Origin: an uncultured Acidobacteriota bacterium
GTDB lineage: Bacteria > Acidobacteriota > Vicinamibacteria > Vicinamibacterales > JAKQTR01
Assembly (NCBI GenBank): GCA_963817885.1
Contig: CAWFQE010000002.1
Location: 704,202-768,201 of the forward strand
Length of the DNA stretch: 64,000 bases
Reading direction: 5' to 3'
Position numbers and translations under genes: made by a program. The notes under the pieces were generated by a model. The model did no database searches. It was not told the origin of the DNA and saw nothing but the letters and a program-made list of their open reading frames with translations. Positions 63,541-64,000 of the stretch are shown in pieces (positions within the stretch are counted from its first letter, which is position 1; each line of letters begins with the position of its first letter).

Positions 63541-64000
63541 CCGCATCGACGGGTACGGCGGGCGGATCCTGCGCGTGGACCTCACGTCGCGGCGCTTCGA
63601 GATCCGGCCCCTGACCGCGCGGTGGATTCGGGACGTGGTCGGCGGCCGCGCCGCCAACACGAAACGCCTCGCGGAGGATCTCGATCCCGCCTCCGACCCG
63701 ATGGGCCCGGACAACGTCCTCATCTTCGGCGTCGGCCCGCTCACCGGCACGCTGCTGCCGGCTTCGGCGTACTACACGGTCACGGCGCGCTCTCCCCTGA
63801 CCGGGATCCTCGGCGACTCCGCCGCCGGCGGCCACTTCGGGCCGGAGCTCCGGCTCACCGGCTTCGACCAGATCATCATCACCGGCTGCGCAGACGAGCT
63901 GATGTACCTCCTCGTCACCGACGATGGGGTGCGTTTCGTGCCCTGCCCGGATCTTGCCGGCCGCAACGTCGTCGAAACCACGGCGGCCATTCGGGACACG
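63532..64000 (+). CDS. aldehyde:ferredoxin oxidoreductase (tungsten/molybdopterin AOR family), N-terminal part; continues past window end
   Basis: GTG start overlapping ferredoxin stop; GYGGRILRVDLTSRRFEIRPL...VGGRAANTKRLAEDLDP...DNVLIFGVGPLTGTLLPASAYYTVTARSPLTG is the AOR N-terminal domain. Confidence 0.7.

Overview
High-GC (~68%) bacterial chromosomal segment; the gene content (DUF5916 outer-membrane protein, many secreted hydrolases and methyltransferases, HME-RND efflux) suggests an Acidobacteriota-like soil bacterium, but that is inference only. Gene order: (1) a CusC/CusB/CusA-type heavy-metal RND efflux operon preceded by a small Cys/His-rich protein; (2) an accessory block of secreted enzymes (TylF-like and family-3 O-methyltransferases, histidine phosphatase, VOC protein, esterase), an SH3b/beta-barrel outer-membrane protein, a YozG-type HTH plus DUF2975-like membrane pair, DinB, TlpA, two tandem YciI paralogs with their ECF-like sigma factor, a UvrA-like ATPase and a nucleotidyltransferase; (3) a five-gene minus-strand operon (27369-33383) in which four products carry CxxC...CxxC zinc ribbons fused to a papain-like peptidase, a Hanks Ser/Thr kinase, an FHA domain and an SPFH/flotillin-like coiled-coil protein. 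I could not match this operon to any described system and it is my best candidate for a novel signalling or defence module; (4) a complete Pho regulon operon (pstSCAB-phoU-phoB-phoR) with upstream porins; (5) a prolyl oligopeptidase; (6) an MFS-acs pair convergent with a Pat-AcuC-AcuB lysine-acetylation switch; (7) LysE exporter, a DUF5916 outer-membrane protein flanked by two different short tandem-repeat arrays, an M24 peptidase, and a TIGR04076-like/ferredoxin/aldehyde-ferredoxin-oxidoreductase set running off the window end. About a dozen genes (MFP, SH3b-barrel, uvrA, NTase, PH-membrane protein, C1 peptidase, pstS/C/A, POP, MFS, acs) carry one or more frameshifts, several at GG/CC homopolymers and clustered in particular stretches. 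This is more consistent with indel errors in the assembly than with real pseudogenes, but it cannot be decided from sequence alone. Hand-derived coordinates of small motifs are approximate (a few bp). No rRNA, tRNA or CRISPR array was recognised.
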